Below, piece by piece: positions 1-9,232 of a stretch of DNA of 64,000 bases (the first letter of the stretch is position 1; the number at the start of each line of letters is the position of its first letter). The notes under the pieces are model-generated. The model was not told the origin of the DNA. It did not search any database and worked only from the letters and a program-made list of their open reading frames with translations. Made by a program: the position numbers and the translations under genes. This DNA is from Candidatus Aldehydirespiratoraceae bacterium. Lineage in GTDB: Bacteria > Actinomycetota > Acidimicrobiia > Acidimicrobiales > Aldehydirespiratoraceae. The DNA is taken from positions 176,719 through 240,718 of the forward strand of contig OZ244898.1 in NCBI GenBank assembly GCA_965221585.1. Reading direction: 5' to 3'.

Positions 1-1025
1 ACAAGCTGACCGAGGAGGAGACACAGAAGCTCCTGCGCATGGAGGAGGAGCTCCACAAGCGGGTTGTGGGCCAGAAGAGTTCGGTTCACGCCGTGTCCCA
101 GGCGATTCGTCGCACCAGGGCCGGCCTCAAGGATCCGAAGCGGCCCAGCGGCTCGTTCATCTTCCTGGGTCCGTCGGGTGTCGGCAAGACCGAGTTGGCC
201 AAGACTCTCGCCGAGTTCCTGTTCGGCGACGAGAGTGCCCTGGTCAGCCTCGACATGTCGGAATACATGGACAAGCACACGGTCAGCCGGCTCATAGGTT
301 CCCCTCCCGGCTTCATCGGCTATGACGAAGGTGGTCAGCTCACCGAGCAGGTGCGCCGCAAGCCCTTCTCGGTCGTGCTGTTCGACGAGGTGGAGAAGGC
401 CCATCCAGACGTCTTCAACACGCTGCTGCAGATCCTCGAGGAGGGACGCCTGACCGACAGCCAGGGCCGTTCCGTCGACTTTCGCAACACCGTTCTGATC
501 ATGACCTCCAACCTGGGCACCCTAGACCTGCGCAAGGCCAACCTCGGGTTCACGAAGGTTGATGAGGCGGTCACCTATGAGCGCATGAAGGAGAAGGTCA
601 CCGATGCCCTCAAGGCGCATTTCCGACCGGAGTTCCTGAACCGCATCGACGACGTGATCGTCTTCCATGAGCTGAGCCAACCCGAAGTGCGTGAGATCGT
701 CGATCTCATGGTGGCCCGCACCGCGGAGCAACTCGCAGGTCAGGGTATGGGCCTTGAGCTGACCGACGCCGCCAAGGACTTCCTGTCCGCAGAGGGCTAC
801 GACCCGACGCTCGGGGCGAGGCCGCTGCGGCGCGCCCTGCAACGCCTGGTCGAGGATCCCCTCTCGGAGAAGCTCCTCAACAAGGATTTCCGGGCGGGCG
901 AGATTGTCATCGTCGACGTCGAAGCCGACCCGGCCTCAGCAGACGAATCGATGATCGTGTTCCGGTCCATAGAGGGATTCACGCCTCCCGAAGTTGAACT
1001 CGCCGAAGCGGTTGACAGCTTCTAG
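1..1025 (+). CDS. clpC: ATP-dependent Clp protease ATP-binding subunit ClpC, C-terminal part (5' end outside window)
   Basis: Frame is open from base 3 ([24 protein letters not shown]). Second AAA+ module has Walker [13 protein letters not shown], Walker [12 protein letters not shown] and sensor-2 [10 protein letters not shown]. Confidence 0.95.
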   Translation, partial: KLTEEETQKLLRMEEELHKRVVGQKSSVHAVSQAIRRTRAGLKDPKRPSGSFIFLGPSGVGKTELAKTLAEFLFGDESALVSLDMSEYMDKHTVSRLIGSPPGFIGYDEGGQLTEQVRRKPFSVVLFDEVEKAHPDVFNTLLQILEEGRLTDSQGRSVDFRNTVLIMTSNLGTLDLRKANLGFTKVDEAVTYERMKEKVTDALKAHFRPEFLNRIDDVIVFHELSQPEVREIVDLMVARTAEQLAGQGMGLELTDAAKDFLSAEGYDPTLGARPLRRALQRLVEDPLSEKLLNKDFRAGEIVIVDVEADPASADESMIVFRSIEGFTPPEVELAEAVDSF

Positions 1026-1072
1026 AGCAGGCGTTGGTCCGGTGACGTGTTCAGCGGTCTAGCGTTCATACG

Positions 1073-2563
1073 ATGATGCGGTTGCGCGCGCTCGCGGTGG
1101 TGGCCCCGTTGCTGGTCGCAAGCGTGCTGCTCGCAAGCGGATGCCGGGTCGATGCCACCGTCGACATCAGGGTCGATGACGACGGCACCGGCGAGGTGAC
1201 CGTGGAGGTCGTTGCGGACGCTGAAGCTGTCGCCCTCATCCCCGATGCGCCCGACGGCCTGCAGCTGGACGATCTCAGCGATGCCGGCTGGACGGTCAAC
1301 ACCAATACCGTCGATGGAGCCGGCGTATTGACCGTGAATGCCTCGAAACGGTTCCCCTCAGCAGACGCGCTCGGCGGCGTGTTGGCCGAGATCGCCGGTG
1401 AGGATGTGATCTTCGAGGGGTTCACGCTCGTCAAGGACCACAACTTCGACATCATCGGGCTGGGACCGGCGCGAACCGACTACGCACTGCGGGGTTCGGT
1501 CGATCCCACCTTCGACATCGAGCAGCTCGGCGATGTCTTCCCCGACGGACTCGCCCCGCTGGGGCGAGCCGCCGATGAGATCGAAGATGATTTCGAAGGC
1601 GACTTCGAAGATGTGCTCGGGTTGACGGTGACCGTGCGGATGCCCGAAACGCTCGGTGAGTCCAACGGAGAGGTCGTCGACGAAACCGTCATCTGGACGA
1701 TGAGCTACGGCGACGATGCTGTGGACATCGAGGCGAACTCGTCGGTGGAGAGCATCCTGGTGCGGGTCTGGACGATGGTCGCGCTCTTCGCCGGTGCCCT
1801 GCTGGTGCTGCTGCTCGTCTCATATCTGGTGCGCTTCCTGCTGGCCAAGTGGCGCACACCGAAGGGCCGCCGACGCCGAGACATCCGGCGCCGACAGCAT
1901 CGCGCAGCCACCCGTGCCCAGGAGGCGAGCCGCCCCCGTCGTCGCATGTTGCGGCTGCTGGTGGTGGATGTTCACGGTGTGTTGGTCCGGCCCACCAATC
2001 CGCTCGAAGGCGCTCTGCTGCCGCTGATCATGTCGGAACAGCCCGACATCGACCCGGAGCGCGTTCGGGAGCTCCACCGACTGTTGGTGTTGGGCCGTGT
2101 GTCTCCGTCGGAGTTCTGGAGCGAGGTTGATCTGAGCCTGGTGTCTGATCAGATGGAGACGAGGTATCTGTCGTCCTTCCGCTTGAACCAGGGCCTGCAT
2201 CCGTTCCTGGACCGCATGAAGAACAGCGGGCTGCCGGTCGCGGCGATCGGCAACCAACCTCGTGCCTGGGGTGACCGCCTCAGGAAGATGGCAGCGCTCG
2301 AAGATTCGATTTCGTCGTGGATGGTCAGCGGTGATGTCGGCTCGATCCTTCCGGAACCGGCTCTGTTCGAGGCGACCCGGCGGACAATGTCGGTTGATCT
2401 GTTCGACTGCTTCTATCTGAGCAGCATCCAGGGCAACCTCGATGTGGCGGAGGAGCTGGGTATGGCCACCGGGTTGTTCCTGTCTGGCAATGACGCGATC
2501 CCCGATACGGACCATACGGTCGTGCTGGGATTCGAGGACCTGCTGAAGACCCGAGGAGCCTGA
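1073..2563 (+). CDS. Membrane lipoprotein (LppM/DUF3153-like ectodomain) fused through one TM helix to a HAD-like hydrolase domain
   Basis: Lipobox LLASGC near the N-terminus, acidic ectodomain, hydrophobic helix VWTMVALFAGALLVLLLVSYLVRFLL followed by an R-rich stop-transfer. C-terminal part starts with the HAD-like motif LLVVDVHGVL. Domain names are recalled, not searched. Confidence 0.6.
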   Translation: MMRLRALAVVAPLLVASVLLASGCRVDATVDIRVDDDGTGEVTVEVVADAEAVALIPDAPDGLQLDDLSDAGWTVNTNTVDGAGVLTVNASKRFPSADALGGVLAEIAGEDVIFEGFTLVKDHNFDIIGLGPARTDYALRGSVDPTFDIEQLGDVFPDGLAPLGRAADEIEDDFEGDFEDVLGLTVTVRMPETLGESNGEVVDETVIWTMSYGDDAVDIEANSSVESILVRVWTMVALFAGALLVLLLVSYLVRFLLAKWRTPKGRRRRDIRRRQHRAATRAQEASRPRRRMLRLLVVDVHGVLVRPTNPLEGALLPLIMSEQPDIDPERVRELHRLLVLGRVSPSEFWSEVDLSLVSDQMETRYLSSFRLNQGLHPFLDRMKNSGLPVAAIGNQPRAWGDRLRKMAALEDSISSWMVSGDVGSILPEPALFEATRRTMSVDLFDCFYLSSIQGNLDVAEELGMATGLFLSGNDAIPDTDHTVVLGFEDLLKTRGA

Positions 2564-2567
2564 ATCG

Positions 2568-3212
2568 ATGCGAATTGAACTGCCGTCGGGAACGCCTGCT
2601 GAAGTCGTTGGTTCCAGCGACCGGAGGGGGCTGGTGCTGGTACCCGACATAATGGGGCTGCGTCCGCTCTTCGATGAGTTGGCGGTGCGTCTGGCCGCAC
2701 AGTGGCAGTGCGCTGTGGTCGCCCCTGAGCTGTATCCCGGCCAGGAGAGCCTCGATTTGCAGGGCCGGTTCGCGGCTGCCTCGTCGCTCGATGACGGACG
2801 GGTCTTGGGCGACATGGTCGCGGCAGCGGACCGCACCGGAGCGGCGACGGTCGGCGTGATCGGGTTCTGCATGGGCGGGATGTACGTCAACAAAGCGGTC
2901 AGTACCGGCCGTTTCGATCGGCTCGTGTCGTTCTATGGGATGATTCATGTGCCGGTGGATTGGCGAGGACCGGGTCAGGGTGAGCCGCTGGAGCATCTCC
3001 GTGACGGCGACGCGTCGACCCTGCTGGCGGTGGTCGGCACCGAGGACCCCTACACGCCCGCTGATGCTGTGGCGGAGCTTCGCGGGACGGGGGCGCAGGT
3101 TGTTGAGTATTCGGGGGCCGAACACGGATTCGTTCACGACCCGGCCCGTCCGGCGCACCGCCCGGACGACGCCGCCGACGCCTGGCAGCAGGCCGCCCAT
3201 TGGCTTTGGTAG
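2568..3212 (+). CDS. Dienelactone hydrolase family protein
   Basis: 214 aa; GLVLVPDIMGLRP...; nucleophile-elbow-like GFCMGG; C-terminal AEHGF; ATG start. Confidence 0.8.
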   Translation: MRIELPSGTPAEVVGSSDRRGLVLVPDIMGLRPLFDELAVRLAAQWQCAVVAPELYPGQESLDLQGRFAAASSLDDGRVLGDMVAAADRTGAATVGVIGFCMGGMYVNKAVSTGRFDRLVSFYGMIHVPVDWRGPGQGEPLEHLRDGDASTLLAVVGTEDPYTPADAVAELRGTGAQVVEYSGAEHGFVHDPARPAHRPDDAADAWQQAAHWLW

Positions 3213-3230
3213 CTAAGCGGCTTTGGGGGC

Positions 3231-3890
3231 TCAGCGAGCCCGGATGGTCAGCTGTTCACGGTTGGTGATGACGTAGCGTCGGTCGGACTGGTCGATCCAT
3301 TTCAGTCGCACGAACGACGCAATGGCTTTGTTGACCCGTTCACGGCTCGCCCCGATCATGCCGGCCAGCTCCTCCTGCGTGATTGGGAGGATGAACTCGT
3401 CCTCGTCGCCCGCCAATTCGAGGAGGCGTTTGGCGGTCCTCCCGGTGACATCCAGAAACACGCTGTCTGCCAGGCTCTTGTCGGTTGCACGCAGGCGACC
3501 GACAAGAAGCTTGACCACGCCCCATAGTTCCTCGGGGTGCTCCGCGTAGAGCGCCCGGACCGGCTCGTAGGGGATGGCGATGGCACCGGACGGTTCGAGT
3601 GCCCGAGCGCCGGCCGATCGGATTCCACCGTCGAACAGGGGCATCTCGCCGAACAGGTCGCCGGTCTCCATCAGGGCGACGACAGACTCGCGGCCGTCGA
3701 TCGACCGGTTGACCATGGCGATCCGTCCGCTGGTTACGATGTAGATGTAGTCGGGTTCGTCGCCCTCGGTGAAGAGCGTGTCGCCTCTTTGCAGGTCCCG
3801 GGCCTCGCCGGTGGCGGCGATGGTCACAAGGGATTCTTCGGAGAGGCTGGCGAACAGCTCGGTGTCACGAAGAATGCTGATGTCGGTCAT
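3231..3890 (-). CDS. crp: Crp/Fnr family transcriptional regulator (cNMP-binding domain plus C-terminal HTH)
   Basis: cNMP-binding signature GDLFGEMPLFDGGIRSAGARALE and C-terminal HTH QEELAGMIGASRERVNKAI. 219 aa is typical of actinobacterial Crp/GlxR. Confidence 0.9.
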   Translation of the reverse strand: MTDISILRDTELFASLSEESLVTIAATGEARDLQRGDTLFTEGDEPDYIYIVTSGRIAMVNRSIDGRESVVALMETGDLFGEMPLFDGGIRSAGARALEPSGAIAIPYEPVRALYAEHPEELWGVVKLLVGRLRATDKSLADSVFLDVTGRTAKRLLELAGDEDEFILPITQEELAGMIGASRERVNKAIASFVRLKWIDQSDRRYVITNREQLTIRAR

Positions 3891-3954
3891 CTCTCCTTCA
3901 ATCTAGTTGGGCGGCCTGAGGTGGTTCTGAATTCGGGCCATAAAGGATCGTGGG

Positions 3955-4674
3955 GTGTCCCTGGTGGGTGATTTGGTCTGCTGCTGCCAAGCTGTAGCTG
4001 TGAAATCTGAGGGAAACGGCAAGATCTGGACCGTTGTGGTCGCCGCGGGGTCTGGGAGCCGTTTCGGAGCAGCCAAGCAGTTCTGCGATCTTGCAGGGGT
4101 GAGCGTGCTCGATCGGTCGGTGTCGGCTGCCGCGCGGCACAGTGACGGTGTCGTGGTTGTCGTGCCTAGATCGGAGTTGGACAGACTGTCTGGAGAACTT
4201 GGGTCCGGTGAGTTGGCGGAGGGTGTCGAGTGGCGTTTGGTGGCCGGCGGCGCGACCCGCTCGGGTTCTGTTCGCAACGGCCTCGGGGAGGTCCCTGACG
4301 ATGTCGGGATCGTGCTGGTCCATGACGCGGCCCGTCCTCTGGCGTCGGATTCGGTGTTCGAGAACGTCATCGCCGCGGTGCGCGCCGGTGCTGATGCCGC
4401 CACCCCGGTGATTCCGGTGACCGACACCATCCGGCACCGCTCCGGTGGTGTCGTCGACCGTGATGAGCTCGTTGCGGTTCAGACACCCCAAGCGTTCCGA
4501 GCCGACGTGCTGCGGCAGGTTCACCGAGAGGCGCCGGAGGCCACCGACGATGTCACTCTGGTCTCCGAAGCGGGAGGCGCAGTCGAACTCGTGCCCGGCG
4601 ACCAACGCAACCTCAAGCTGACCACCCCCTACGATCTTGAGATGGCCGCCCTGCTTATTTCTGGTGAATCATGA
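3955..4674 (+). CDS. ispD: 2-C-methyl-D-erythritol 4-phosphate cytidylyltransferase
   Basis: VVVAAGSGSRFG nucleotide-binding motif, VLVHDAARP, VQTPQAF. The start is uncertain: GTG at 3955, or the internal GTG at 4000. Confidence 0.88.
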   Translation: MSLVGDLVCCCQAVAVKSEGNGKIWTVVVAAGSGSRFGAAKQFCDLAGVSVLDRSVSAAARHSDGVVVVVPRSELDRLSGELGSGELAEGVEWRLVAGGATRSGSVRNGLGEVPDDVGIVLVHDAARPLASDSVFENVIAAVRAGADAATPVIPVTDTIRHRSGGVVDRDELVAVQTPQAFRADVLRQVHREAPEATDDVTLVSEAGGAVELVPGDQRNLKLTTPYDLEMAALLISGES

Positions 4675-5159
4675 GCGATGTCGAGATTCCATTTCGAGTG
4701 GGTTCGGCGTTCGATATCCATGCTTTCTCCGATGACCCCGACCGTGTGCTGGTGCTTGGTGGAATAGCGTTTCCTGGCGAGCGGGGGCTGAAAGGCCACA
4801 GCGACGCCGATGTCGTCGCCCATGTCTGCACCGATTCTCTGTTGAGCGCCGCCGGCTTGGGCGACATCGGTCAGATGTTCCCCGACACCGACCCAGCCTT
4901 CGCAGGTGCCGACAGCGTTGACCTGTTGCGCCTGGTAGCCCAAGCGGTGCGCGACAGCGGATGGTCACCGGGGAACATCGACTGCTCGGTCGTGCTCGAC
5001 CGGCCTGCCATTGCGCCCGTCAAGTTCGCAATGGAATCCAAACTCTCTGCCGCGGTAGGGGCGTCGGTCACGGTGACGGGACGACGAACAGAGGGCGTCG
5101 GAGCGCTCGGTCGGGGAGAGGGTGTGGTGGCCTGGGCCGTCGCTCTGGTAGCGAAATGA
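4671..5159 (+). CDS. ispF: 2-C-methyl-D-erythritol 2,4-cyclodiphosphate synthase
   Basis: FRVGSAFDIHAF...GHSDADVVAH...GDIGQMFPDTDP signature. 4-nt overlap with the ispD stop. Confidence 0.95.
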   Translation: MSDVEIPFRVGSAFDIHAFSDDPDRVLVLGGIAFPGERGLKGHSDADVVAHVCTDSLLSAAGLGDIGQMFPDTDPAFAGADSVDLLRLVAQAVRDSGWSPGNIDCSVVLDRPAIAPVKFAMESKLSAAVGASVTVTGRRTEGVGALGRGEGVVAWAVALVAK

Positions 5160-6142
5160 GCCCGAACAACCCCGGATCCAAACGACGCTCCGGGGGAGGC
5201 GGCGCAGGCGGACGCCACGGCGGTAGCGGCCCTCAGCGAGGCGGTGGATCCCAACGAGGCAAAGGCCCGCGGCGCAGCCCCAAGGGCACCACGGGTGGCC
5301 GGCCGAATCGCCGGCAGGGCCAGCGCGGGACGACACCGTACAGAAACGATCCGATCGACCGCGGCCGGGGCCCGACCCTGGGTGGTGATCAGGTCGAGGG
5401 CCGTCACGCGGTCAGGGAGCTGCTGTTGGCGGGCACTCGACGCACCCGCGAGGTTGTTTTGGCCGGTGACCTGGATGACGCGCCGATCCTTGGAGACATC
5501 ATCGACCTGGCCGATGAGAACAAGGTGCCTATCCGGGAGCTGACGAGAAGCAAGTTCGAATCGATGGCTCGAACCGGTGCCTCGCAGGGAGTTTTGGCGA
5601 CTGCAGCCCCGCTGCAGCCCACAGAGCTGGCGGATCTGCTCGCCGACGGCTCAGCCGATGGCCCGGCCGACGAAAGGCCGTTCCTGCTGCTGCTCGACGG
5701 CATCACCGACCCTCAGAATCTCGGTGCGATCCTGCGCACCGCTGAGTGTGCCGGGGTGACGGGTGTGGTGCTGCCCCGGCATCGTGCGGCGCACATAACT
5801 CCCTCTGTCACGAAGGCTGCTGCGGGTGCGATCGAGCATCTCCGGATGGCGTTGGTAGGAGGGTTGCCGGCAGCGATGCAGACACTGCGCGATCACGGTG
5901 TGTGGACCGTCGGCCTCGATGCGAGCGGTGAGGTGTCGATCCATCGCCTGACCGTCGCGGACGAACCGATAGCTCTTGTGTTGGGGGCCGAAGGCCCGGG
6001 GTTGAGCCGCTTGGTACGTCAGCGCTGCGATGCCCTTGCGTCAATACCGTTGCAGGGTGCGCTCGGGTCTCTCAACGTCTCAGCCGCTGCCGCGGTCGCC
6101 TGCTTTGAGATCTTGTCTCGCCGCATGGGCCAGTCGAGCTAG
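5156..6142 (+). CDS. rlmB: 23S rRNA (guanosine-2'-O)-methyltransferase RlmB / TrmH-family, with an R/G-rich N-terminal extension
   Basis: ATG at 5156 overlaps the ispF TGA (ATGA). SpoU/TrmH motifs are present: DGITDPQNLGAILRTAECAGV, LVLGAEGPGL, SLNVSAAAAV. The upstream part of track ORF 4961.. lies inside ispF and was discarded. Confidence 0.85.
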   Translation: MSPNNPGSKRRSGGGGAGGRHGGSGPQRGGGSQRGKGPRRSPKGTTGGRPNRRQGQRGTTPYRNDPIDRGRGPTLGGDQVEGRHAVRELLLAGTRRTREVVLAGDLDDAPILGDIIDLADENKVPIRELTRSKFESMARTGASQGVLATAAPLQPTELADLLADGSADGPADERPFLLLLDGITDPQNLGAILRTAECAGVTGVVLPRHRAAHITPSVTKAAAGAIEHLRMALVGGLPAAMQTLRDHGVWTVGLDASGEVSIHRLTVADEPIALVLGAEGPGLSRLVRQRCDALASIPLQGALGSLNVSAAAAVACFEILSRRMGQSS

Positions 6143-6177
6143 CTGCGGCCTTCCACAGTCTGGCTGGCCGGTTCCGA

Positions 6178-7287
6178 CTAGCTCGGAATCGTGATGACGA
6201 TGCTCCCGACGTGGTCCTTGGAGCCGAACGCTTCCTGCGCCTCGTGGATCTGGTCGAGCGGGAAGGTGCCGCCGACGACCGGTTGAAGTCTTCCTGCTTC
6301 GATGTAGCGGACCAGATCGGCGAAGACTCCGGGTCCGTAGACGGTGGCACCGTGGAGTTGCAGGTCGCGCAGGTAGAGGGTGCGAAGGTCCAGGTCCACG
6401 ATCGGTCCGGCAATTGCGCCGGAGGTGACGTATCGTCCTCCTCGTTTGAGTCCTTCCAGCCAGCCTCCGAAGTCGGCTCCGCCGACGATGTCGGCGACGG
6501 CGTCGAAGAAACCACCGTTGGCCTCCACGGCTGCAGCCACCGGGTCGTCGGTCTCTCGGGCGACAGCTGAGTCTGCTCCGAGTTCGAGGACCCGCTCCAG
6601 CTTGGAGGCGCCGGCCACGGCCACTACACCGGCTCCACGCAGCTTGGCGAGTTGCACGAGGGCGCTACCCACTCCTCCCGACGCGCCCGGAACCGCGATG
6701 GTCTCACCGGCGCCTAGGTTGATCCGTTGCAGCATGTGCTCGGCGGTGGACCAGGAGCAGGCGAACGACGCCAACTCCACATCGGACAACTCAGTCGAGA
6801 CCGGATATGTGTTCTCGCTCGGCACCGAGCAGTACTGCGCGAAACCGCCGTCACGTTCGCTTCCCAGGTAGCCGGCGAGTTCGCGATCGTCCGGAAATTG
6901 CCTGTCGCGAATCCAGGGGTCCACCAGCACCCGGGAACCCAGGAGGCTGTCGTCGGTGCCTTCGCCGATGGCTACGGCCACCCCGGCAATGTCTGCGCCC
7001 TGGATCCGGGGGTAGGCGAGACCCTCACGGCCCCAGCCCACATCGCTGAGGTCCGCTTCGGCGAAGCCGTCGCCGGAGGTTGCTGCTGAGACCGACCTGC
7101 TGTACCAGCCCACGCGGGTGTTGATGTCGGTGTTGTTGACCCCGCACGCAGACACCCGTACGAGCACGTCGCCTGGGCCGGGTCGTGGAACGGGCACGTC
7201 GTCGCGTACCTCGAGCATCTCGGGTCCGCCCGTGCCGAGCAGCAGCGCGGCCCGCATGGTTTCTGGAATCGGTTCGACGGTTGTCAT
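6178..7287 (-). CDS. Zinc-binding alcohol dehydrogenase / quinone oxidoreductase family (MDR superfamily)
   Basis: 369 aa. N-terminal GroES-like domain (VLVRVSACGVNNTDI) and Rossmann motif VPGASGGVGSALVQLAK. Confidence 0.85.
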   Translation of the reverse strand: MTTVEPIPETMRAALLLGTGGPEMLEVRDDVPVPRPGPGDVLVRVSACGVNNTDINTRVGWYSRSVSAATSGDGFAEADLSDVGWGREGLAYPRIQGADIAGVAVAIGEGTDDSLLGSRVLVDPWIRDRQFPDDRELAGYLGSERDGGFAQYCSVPSENTYPVSTELSDVELASFACSWSTAEHMLQRINLGAGETIAVPGASGGVGSALVQLAKLRGAGVVAVAGASKLERVLELGADSAVARETDDPVAAAVEANGGFFDAVADIVGGADFGGWLEGLKRGGRYVTSGAIAGPIVDLDLRTLYLRDLQLHGATVYGPGVFADLVRYIEAGRLQPVVGGTFPLDQIHEAQEAFGSKDHVGSIVITIPS

Positions 7288-7420
7288 GAGTTCTGCTTGT
7301 TCGGGCTTGTCGGTTGTTCGGGTTTGTCGGACGGTTCTGTTCGTTCGGGTGTGCTGGTCGTTTGGGGTTCTTGCTTGCTCGGGGGTTCTTGCCGGTTCGG
7401 GGTTCTGCTCGTTGGTGCCG
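7288..7420. repeat. A-depleted G/T-rich tract with reiterated GTTCGGG-type motifs in a divergent promoter region
   Basis: Read directly: about 130 nt on the + strand contain a single A. TTGTTCGGGYTTGTCGG occurs twice in tandem (about 7297-7330). Further copies of gttcggg / ggggttct / cgggggttct follow. Confidence 0.6.
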
Positions 7421-7542
7421 TGCGCCGCGCGGGATGATAGCGCCGGTACGTGTGCGTATGGCCAAGCGGTTTGAGCTCATCGGGCAGCGGGTATCTTGGC
7501 GTATCCGCTCGGCGCGTGGTTCCGAGGTGATCAGGACGGACA

Positions 7543-8310
7543 ATGACTGAACCGCCGACGGCGAATATGGGTCCCACGGATGACGGAGCGCGGCGCGCGC
7601 GTCGGCGTGACTGCCTGGTGGTCAGCCTCGCGGTCGGTTTGATCGGTGTGACCTTCGGCGTCTTCGCCGAGGCGGCAGGTTTCGATCTGCCCCGCATAGT
7701 GGTGATGTCTGCGCTGGTGTTCACGGGCGCTTCGCAGTTCGCGGCGGTGGGCGTGATTGACGACGGCGGGACCGGCGGCGCCGCAGTCGGCTCGGCACTT
7801 TTGCTGGCGACCCGCAATGCGCTGTACGGGCCGGTGGTGCGCAAGATGTTGCCCGATCCTGTATTGCCGAGGCTGGGAGCGGCCCATCTGGTGATCGATG
7901 AGACAACGGCCATGGCGGTTGCCCAACCCGACCGCAGCGCCGGCTGGGACGCCTTCTGGTTCACGGGCGTCACGCTGTGGATCTGCTGGAACCTGGGCTC
8001 GCTGGCGGGGGCGGCCTTGGGAGCGGTGTTGTCCACGCCCGAGACCTGGGGCCTCGACGCTGCCTTCCCGGCGATATTCGTTGCGCTGCTGGCCACGCAT
8101 GTGCGCACACCAGCGGGGCGTGCGGCCGCAGTCCTGGCGGCGGCCATCGCTTTGGGGGCGGTGCCGTTCACCGCCGCCGGTGTGCCGATCCTGCTGGCCG
8201 TGTGTGCGGTGATACCAGCGCTGTATGTACGCCGTCGTTGGCCGGGTGCCAGTGGGAACTTGCTCGATGGCGAAGACTCGCTCGGCGGCGAAGGTTGGGG
8301 ACAGCCGTGA
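7543..8310 (+). CDS. azlC: AzlC family branched-chain amino acid exporter subunit
   Basis: Polytopic membrane protein with VTFGVFAEAAGF...MSALVFTGASQFAAVGV, typical of AzlC. Confidence 0.85.
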   Translation: MTEPPTANMGPTDDGARRARRRDCLVVSLAVGLIGVTFGVFAEAAGFDLPRIVVMSALVFTGASQFAAVGVIDDGGTGGAAVGSALLLATRNALYGPVVRKMLPDPVLPRLGAAHLVIDETTAMAVAQPDRSAGWDAFWFTGVTLWICWNLGSLAGAALGAVLSTPETWGLDAAFPAIFVALLATHVRTPAGRAAAVLAAAIALGAVPFTAAGVPILLAVCAVIPALYVRRRWPGASGNLLDGEDSLGGEGWGQP

Positions 8311-8606
8311 GCTGGCCGCTGATGATCGTGCTGGCCGCGGGCTCCTACGGCTTGAAGGTCCTCGGGGTGACCACCCTCGGAGCGGTCGTGGAGCGCAGGC
8401 TAGGCGCTCTGGTGTCGCTGTTGCCGGCGGTGTTGTTCTCTGCGCTGATCGCAGTGATGACCTTCGAGACCGCGGGCGAACTGGTGATCGACGCACGGGT
8501 CGTGGGAGTCGGCGTCGGAGCACTGGCCGTTTGGCGCAAAGCGCCGCTTCTGGTGGTGATCGTGGCTGCAATGTCAGTCACCGCCGCCCTGCGTCTGTTC
8601 ACCTGA
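8307..8606 (+). CDS. azlD: AzlD family branched-chain amino acid transport protein
   Basis: GTG at 8307 overlaps the azlC stop (GTGA). About 99-aa hydrophobic protein VSWPLMIVLAAGSYGLKVLG... The rest of track ORF 7977.. is out of frame inside azlC. Confidence 0.75.
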   Translation: MSWPLMIVLAAGSYGLKVLGVTTLGAVVERRLGALVSLLPAVLFSALIAVMTFETAGELVIDARVVGVGVGALAVWRKAPLLVVIVAAMSVTAALRLFT

Positions 8607-8631
8607 ACACGCGGGCTGCGCATGCGATCTG

Positions 8632-9213
8632 TCAGCGGTCGCGGAAACCCTTGCCGTCGAGGATTTTCTGGCGGTACTTGTCGATGCGCGTCTCACGGGT
8701 CCTGGCCTGCTTGGCGCTGGAGAAATAAAGGTTGTACTCCCTCTGCCGGCCCGGGGTGAGCGCCTCAAAGGCCGCCTTCAACGCCCGGTCCCCGTCGAAG
8801 CGGTTCTGCAGTTCCTCGACAAGGGAGAGCTCAGGCGGCGGCCCGACGGTCAAACCCGCCTCCTCCACAGCGACTGCCTCGTCGATGTAGGCCGCGACGG
8901 TTTCGCCCAGTTGCGTGACCTGCTCGACCGAGGTGAACCGCATGCGACGAGCCGATCGAGAATTCGGACCCTGATCCTCAAGGGCGTTGACAGGATCGTC
9001 CAACAGGGCTCCCTTGAAGAACATCAACGCCAAGAAGTCGTTCATCTCCTGGAGAATCACGATGTTCTTGTTGTCGTGGCTGTAGCAGGGTTGGCCCCAT
9101 TTGATCTCCTCAGTCAGCCCACAGCCCAACAGGATCGGCCTCAGCGCGGCCATCTCGCCGGGCCACTTCGTCGACGCTTCGATATAGCTGTCGACTTGGG
9201 AGTTGCCAGCCAC
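8632..9213 (-). CDS. YdeI/OmpD-associated (DUF1801-type) family protein
   Basis: GTG at 9213 gives VAGNSQVDSYIEASTKWPGEMAALRPILLGCGLTEEIKWGQPCY..., with C-terminal PGRQREYNLYFSSAKQARTRETRIDK, typical of this family. Confidence 0.7.
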   Translation of the reverse strand: MAGNSQVDSYIEASTKWPGEMAALRPILLGCGLTEEIKWGQPCYSHDNKNIVILQEMNDFLALMFFKGALLDDPVNALEDQGPNSRSARRMRFTSVEQVTQLGETVAAYIDEAVAVEEAGLTVGPPPELSLVEELQNRFDGDRALKAAFEALTPGRQREYNLYFSSAKQARTRETRIDKYRQKILDGKGFRDR

Positions 9214-9232
9214 CCGCCCAGCGTAGATCCTT

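Noticed and set aside
4961-5155. N-terminal 65 codons of track ORF 4961..6142
   Set aside because: This part lies out of frame inside ispF. A clean ATG at 5156 overlapping the ispF stop gives a sensible RlmB start.
7025-8171. Minus-strand ORFs 7025..7543 and 7284..8171 crossing the GT-rich tract and azlC
   Set aside because: The translations are low-complexity (N/P/R/T repeats) generated by the compositional tract. They overlap the well-supported ADH and azlC genes.
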